This document shows positions 59,221 through 64,000 of a stretch of DNA of 64,000 nucleotides, piece by piece. The stretch spans positions 15,624,001-15,688,000 of the forward strand of contig OZ210885.1 of assembly GCA_964658305.1 (NCBI GenBank). Direction: 5' to 3'. The position numbers were made by a program, and so were the translations under genes. Below the pieces are notes generated by a model that ran no database searches, was not told where the DNA came from, and worked only from the letters and a program-made list of their open reading frames with translations. The DNA comes from Leptogorgia sarmentosa (taxonomy: Eukaryota). Position 1 is the stretch's first letter. Every line of letters begins with the position of its first letter.

Positions 59221-59622
59221 TGTCTAAGACTAACTTGTGTCTAAAAATGATGGGGGAGTTAAGTTATACCTGGAAGAGGCATAAACTACAATAATGATTG
59301 CTGTGTTGTTTGACATTACTTATCCTTTGACATGAACACAATGAAGCTTTGACTTCTGCTAAAACATGTTTTTAAGACTTGTTCATTATTTAAAATTAAT
59401 ATTTATTAATGTTTGGGGTTTTCAATACACAATAGCTATGTTATTAAGTGTGAAAACAATTTATTGGTTTGATAATAAAGTTCATATTTGACTATCTCAT
59501 GTCTAAAATTGATAGGTTCTTCACTTATTAAATTTAAACCAAACTATGTTCTACTTTGACAAACATACAAAATGTATCACATATACTGATATCTATAGCT
59601 TAACAAGTATCCATGTTAAATG

Positions 59623-60891
59623 TCATTCCACAACATATTCATCCCCTTGAATTTTAATGTCCCACAACCACTTTGCAACAGTGTCCCTGGTAGTGTTTCC
59701 ATCCAAATGCTGTTCTCTGCCACGAAATAGATTAAGTTGATCAACCTCTAAGCACCATCTTGGATTACATGGATCATTGAGGGCAATGCATAGATTGTGA
59801 AGGGCAATACAGCTCATAATTATTATGGGAATGTTTTCGACATGGCAGTCCATTTTCTTAGACAAAATTCGCCAGCGGCCTTTGAGCATGCCATAGGCAT
59901 GTTCGGAAACAACCCTTGCTGAGCAAAGGCGTAGATTGAAATATCTTTTCAGGGGAACTCTTGTGCCTTCTTTGTATGGCTTTAAAAGCCATGAGTGATT
60001 AGGGAATGCAGAGTCGCCTACTGTAGTGAAAGGAATGGAACCATGTGGGTGCAGATTTAATGATGTTTGAGGAAAAACACAGCCATTATCAATATCAGAA
60101 TAAATCCTACTAGTGCCTAGAAGTCTGGCATCATGTGTCGACCCTGGAGCGCCTACAGCAGCCCAGAGAAAACGTTTGTTGTAGCCGATCAAGGCCATGT
60201 TTGTTATCGAATATCGTTTTTTAAAACTATAAAAATTCTTTAGGTTGGTTGAGACATAAACATGGAATCCGTCCCAAGCTCCAACACATGGGAATTGCCA
60301 ATTCTTCAAAAAATTTTTGAGCTCGTCAGTCCACTCATCAATACCTTTTGGCATTTGAACATATCTATCATATAGACATTCAACCAAAGCCTTGCATACA
60401 TCTACGAATATACCTTGTGCAGTTGACTCAGCCACACCAAAGAGGTCACCAGCAGTTAATAAAGTACATCCAGTTGCAAGTCTATAGAGGCAGAGGGATA
60501 ATTGAGTAGATGGTGGGGTGGGATTAGGTATCATGTAGGTTGGGGTTTTCTCAAGACGACCATGGATTTGGCTTAAAATAAACTCAAAGGTCGCTCTATT
60601 TACCCGAAGCCTTTTCTTAAATGATTTTTCATCCCAATTCTCGTAACCAGCAGTCCACCAACTGTTGCTTCTCTTCTCATTTGGCCCACGTTTTTTCCGA
60701 TTTGCTTTCAGCATAATCAAACTAGAAACTGCCGATGCCTGAGCAGCTTCGATTTCAAAATTTAAATCTTCGATGAAACGCTTTTTTGAGTTACTCTGCA
60801 TTTCTTTAAAATTCATTAAATGAATATTCTCACGCGCTTGTCTTTTTCTCGTAAGGTGGCGAATGGCAGTGTACGCTGTAATCGCCGCCAT
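59623..60891 (-). CDS. Harbinger (HARBI1-like) DDE transposase, intact ORF
   Basis: GAWDGFH, GSTHDAR, GDSAF, FN....SARVVSEHAYGMLKGRW, C.ALHN. Confidence 0.93.
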   Translation of the reverse strand: MAAITAYTAIRHLTRKRQARENIHLMNFKEMQSNSKKRFIEDLNFEIEAAQASAVSSLIMLKANRKKRGPNEKRSNSWWTAGYENWDEKSFKKRLRVNRATFEFILSQIHGRLEKTPTYMIPNPTPPSTQLSLCLYRLATGCTLLTAGDLFGVAESTAQGIFVDVCKALVECLYDRYVQMPKGIDEWTDELKNFLKNWQFPCVGAWDGFHVYVSTNLKNFYSFKKRYSITNMALIGYNKRFLWAAVGAPGSTHDARLLGTSRIYSDIDNGCVFPQTSLNLHPHGSIPFTTVGDSAFPNHSWLLKPYKEGTRVPLKRYFNLRLCSARVVSEHAYGMLKGRWRILSKKMDCHVENIPIIIMSCIALHNLCIALNDPCNPRWCLEVDQLNLFRGREQHLDGNTTRDTVAKWLWDIKIQGDEYVVE

Positions 60892-62108
60892 ATTGAAAAT
60901 TTTAACCTGCACGCAGGCCTAGAATCGATCAGCCTTCATGGCTACGGTATTTTACTAACTAGACGTTTTTAAAACACGCCTACACGAATTGTCCATCTTT
61001 ATGCTTGACGGATTAAATACAAAACGTTTAATACGTCTAGACGCATTATCCGTCTTATAGTATAAAAACGGCCATTCTACGTTTGGGTTAAGGTGTTTTA
61101 GATAGTTTCCCAGTGTTTTTACGGGGCAACGAGGAGAATCTGGAGTTTCAAACATTTTCCCATCTGACTCGTCAGCACTGTCGTCAAGACCTCCTTGATG
61201 ATTTTTTGTTGCCAACATTGCTCCGGGTAGGTCCTTTCTAAGTTCGTAATACTTCTTTTTGCCTGGAGTTTCCCGAAGAACTAGCATTTCCTTCAACAGT
61301 TTTCGTTGGTTTTCTCGTCCTCTTTTTCCAAAGTAGAGTGTAATGTAAAACCATGCCGTTCGGAGCAGTTTGTTGTTTCAGCTTCGCCAAGTTGTCCACT
61401 TTTGAAAAGTTGTTGTAGTTGCTCGCTCGTTATAGGATTTTTATGGGTTACTGGACTTATTTTCCCCTCCTTCATCATGTTGACACAAACAGCATTGAGT
61501 GTTTTATTTGCCAAGCTGAACTCCGGGTCGCCAACTATCGACCAAGGCTTGTTGTTTGGTGGTTGTCTGAGGTAGCGGTCAATTGCTGCTCGATATCTTT
61601 CAGCGAAGTAAGTTTAAAAAACGTCCCATTTTTCTGCCGAACACAGGCATAAAACAGCTGCAAACATCGATTTAGTTCCGCTTTTGACTGCTCTTCGATA
61701 GGAAGGGTGAACTTTTCTTGACTTGCAAACCATTCTAAAATAAATTCAGGTGTTTTTGTTTTGCTTAATTTGTTGTTTACAGTTTGTTGACATCGCTATT
61801 AAAGAGCGAGCGATTCAAATTGATGGCATACTTGGTTATCTAAAGTTTATTTTACCTTTGAATATCCTAACTCCGTATTTTGTAGCAACTTTAGTCTTCT
61901 CTGGAATTGCCTTGTCAAGTAAACAATCAAGTTCGTCCTCAGAAACCTGTGAAAATCGCGAGCTGGCAGCCATTTTTCTCATATGATGTGGTAACGTTAT
62001 GTTACAAATACGGGCATGTTACATGTGCGGGCTGCATTGCGTAATCGCCTTTGACCTGCTTTGAGTGGCGCGCGTGTCGAGTTACACAGTTGTCCACACG
62101 TGTTTACT

Positions 62109-64000
62109 ATGTCTGACGAGCATCGAAACTACTTCACCAGTTGTTCGGAAGTTATCTGTCCGTGTCATAATACCAACGGAAAACATAAGCACTGCAAGCT
62201 ATGTGAAAAATCTTTCGATACAGAGTACAAATGTCACTGGCACTTCAAGGAAGCACATTTGAGCAGAGTCGTTGTCGTAGATGACCAATCATGTTTCCCC
62301 TGTAAACTAACTCATGGCGAAAGTGGTTGTGGACGTGCTCATTATCACTGTCCGAAATGCGAGAAGAAGATCATAAACCGTAATAGATTCACCAAACATT
62401 ATGCAAGTCATTCAAAACCAGCTACATGTAACCCTGATCCAGTACATTTACAAGAGGAAGGTACCTTAAGTGAGACAGAGACAGTGAATGAACCAAAACC
62501 TAAGAGACAGAGATCGGAAAGAAAGGAGTGCCCAACCTGCAAAAAGGTAATGGATAAAAGAAGTCTGCTAAGGCATCAAAGAGATATTCACAAAGAAATT
62601 ACTGCAACTAACGTTTGTGTTGACGAAGCAAGGGGTATATATATGGTTCGCAAAAGTGCTCATGGAGGTGTAGCTTATCCAGTACATGTTCAGAAGTGTG
62701 TTTGGACGGGAAGTGACGGTGACCCAAATGTTAAACAAAGTCCATTTTGTGAAAACGACAGTTGCCGAGTATATATGGAGGTTGCATGGAGAAGTGGGAT
62801 GAATGCCGTGGAATGTCAACACATCAGGAAAGTTGGTGTGAAAACTATGTACAAGGAAAAAGTGGAACTGGACGAAAGTCATCTCACCGACATCTCGCAA
62901 GAAGGGACATTCAAACTTTTAACAGAAGAAAGAATTAAGCAGTGCGTATTCCTCTTGCAAGCAGCTACGGCAGGTAATGCAGAGTTGATTGTAAGTTTCG
63001 AAGATGGAGAAAGATATGTACACTTTTCTGTGTATGATGGTGGCGTCCACTACTATTCAAAATTGGGAAGGGTTATCGTCACCTGTGACCTGAAGAATGG
63101 TTCTTTAGACTGCGGATGTTGTCGACGTAAACGAGGTTGTGTACATAAGGCTATTTGTTCGTGGTACTTGCGCGGTGCAAAAAAGTTGGAGCAGTTCCAT
63201 AGTCTTGTTGACGACAATGGTGGCAATGAGCGGGAAATGTTGGACCACGAAATATCATCGGAACCAGAAAGAGCGTATGAGAGCAACAAACTATTTTACC
63301 CGCCAGCTGATGAAAATACCGTTGCAAACATGTGCAAGTATCTACAAGAACATAAGAAAATCCCCTTATCAGCAAATCGTGATCGGTCAAAATCAATTCC
63401 TCGTCGATATGTACCAACAGAAAAGGAATGCCCGTCTTGTTGTATTCCTCTTAGTAAACCTATTCTGATAACTTCCAAAGCTACTGTAATCACGATGGAT
63501 TCGGTAATAACAAACGCACAAACTTACTTTGTTAGATGCGATACGTGTGGAATGTGCTTTCGCTATCAAGAACACAAAGAAGGTGTCCACAACTTCAATG
63601 ATACGTTTCTGATGGGATTAGACGTGTGCATGTATTTACGAGACTGTCTTCAGTGTCACATACCTATTGGCAGTGCGAGCGAAGTTCTGGAACGAAGTCT
63701 GCAAACCAAACTGAATAACAGAATGATAATGAACGCTTTTCTCCATTTTGATGCCCTGAGTTCCCATCAATACAGGTTTAACTGTTCTATTTGTGGCCAT
63801 CACCCGACAATCATCATCATGGATTTGAATCGAAAGGTTTCGTTTCAGTGCCCGGCAGAATCCTTGCGTCTACCTGACAATTACGACCAATACAATGATG
63901 AGAACGATGTTGTTGATTGCGAAACATTTTGGACGAATGTGGAGTTATCAATGATTGTCCGCGGATTCCCTGGTGCATATGTGAAAGACTTTGTTGTGGA
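62109..64000 (+). CDS. KDZ/HMGXB3-like protein (C2H2 fingers, SWIM, CxC clusters); open to the window end
   Basis: Hand-translated frame from ATG 62109 with no stop (>630 codons; absent from the ORF track): HYHCPKC..H...H, CPTC..RHQRDIH, YPVHVQK, CGC.....CVH, P.EKECPSC, CDTC...RYQE...GVHNFND, AFLHFDAL, FNCSICGHHP.IIIMD. Confidence 0.75.
   Translation, partial: MSDEHRNYFTSCSEVICPCHNTNGKHKHCKLCEKSFDTEYKCHWHFKEAHLSRVVVVDDQSCFPCKLTHGESGCGRAHYHCPKCEKKIINRNRFTKHYASHSKPATCNPDPVHLQEEGTLSETETVNEPKPKRQRSERKECPTCKKVMDKRSLLRHQRDIHKEITATNVCVDEARGIYMVRKSAHGGVAYPVHVQKCVWTGSDGDPNVKQSPFCENDSCRVYMEVAWRSGMNAVECQHIRKVGVKTMYKEKVELDESHLTDISQEGTFKLLTEERIKQCVFLLQAATAGNAELIVSFEDGERYVHFSVYDGGVHYYSKLGRVIVTCDLKNGSLDCGCCRRKRGCVHKAICSWYLRGAKKLEQFHSLVDDNGGNEREMLDHEISSEPERAYESNKLFYPPADENTVANMCKYLQEHKKIPLSANRDRSKSIPRRYVPTEKECPSCCIPLSKPILITSKATVITMDSVITNAQTYFVRCDTCGMCFRYQEHKEGVHNFNDTFLMGLDVCMYLRDCLQCHIPIGSASEVLERSLQTKLNNRMIMNAFLHFDALSSHQYRFNCSICGHHPTIIIMDLNRKVSFQCPAESLRLPDNYDQYNDENDVVDCETFWTNVELSMIVRGFPGAYVKDFVV

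Larger units (their letters stand above)
57376..61073. mobile_element. PIF/Harbinger transposon, complete two-gene element
   Basis: TIR GGCTGTTTTTATCC.. / ..GTATAAAAACGGCC; 3-bp TSD ATT (57373-57375 and 61074-61076); excision restores the Crypton frame. Confidence 0.95.
56852..61973 (-). pseudogene. CryptonA-type tyrosine recombinase (DUF3504/KCTD1-ZMYM-QRICH1-related), split by Harbinger
   Basis: RFSQVSEDEL...TKVATKY; intron 61735-61855; LQLFYACVRQKNG; RAAIDRYL; YFGKRGREN; TKNHQGG; RCPVK...Y; (NVE|CLFQRP); TNHCVRAT; VTGHKSDQSIESY. Confidence 0.92.

Noticed and set aside
59623..60912. Domesticated HARBI1 host gene
   Set aside because: Flanked by TIRs and a TSD, paired with a Myb-like ORF, and interrupting another element.
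56852..61973. Host KCTD1/ZMYM/QRICH1 gene
   Set aside because: No BTB or MYM domains; the catalytic R, H-x-x-R, H and Y residues and the terminal hairpin indicate a Crypton element.

Overview
Eukaryotic, AT-rich and almost entirely transposon-derived window. No host gene or tRNA/rRNA gene was recognised. The element repertoire suggests a marine invertebrate, possibly a cnidarian (inference only). Left to right: (1) The right-hand ~15 kb of a Polinton/Maverick (adintovirus-like) element, with core protein, penton, integrase, three tandem orphan paralogues, a collagen-like fibre and a ...TACTACT terminus at 20684. It is interrupted by a hAT (itself carrying a LINE with two nested MITEs), a Gypsy LTR element (carrying a hAT MITE) and an unclassified 8-bp-TSD element. 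(2) A MULE with a SWIM-Ulp1-PHD tail, a 3.1-kb tandem duplication and a P-like MITE inside its TIR. (3) A hAT split by a complete Kolobok element. (4) hAT, Tx1/L1 and DIRS/Ngaro fragments. (5) A Penelope element with hammerhead ribozymes and a 2-kb inverted copy. (6) The most unusual item, which I cannot assign to a known superfamily: a ~5.9-kb unit (50571-56467) bounded by inverted arrays of 88-bp GGTTAGGG-containing palindromes. It encodes, divergently, a C2H2 / tyrosine-recombinase / telobox-like Myb protein and a D5-like SF3 helicase. (7) A CryptonA-type recombinase split by a complete PIF/Harbinger element, lying head-to-head with a long KDZ/HMGXB3-like ORF. All family calls come from motifs read by eye; no database searches were run.
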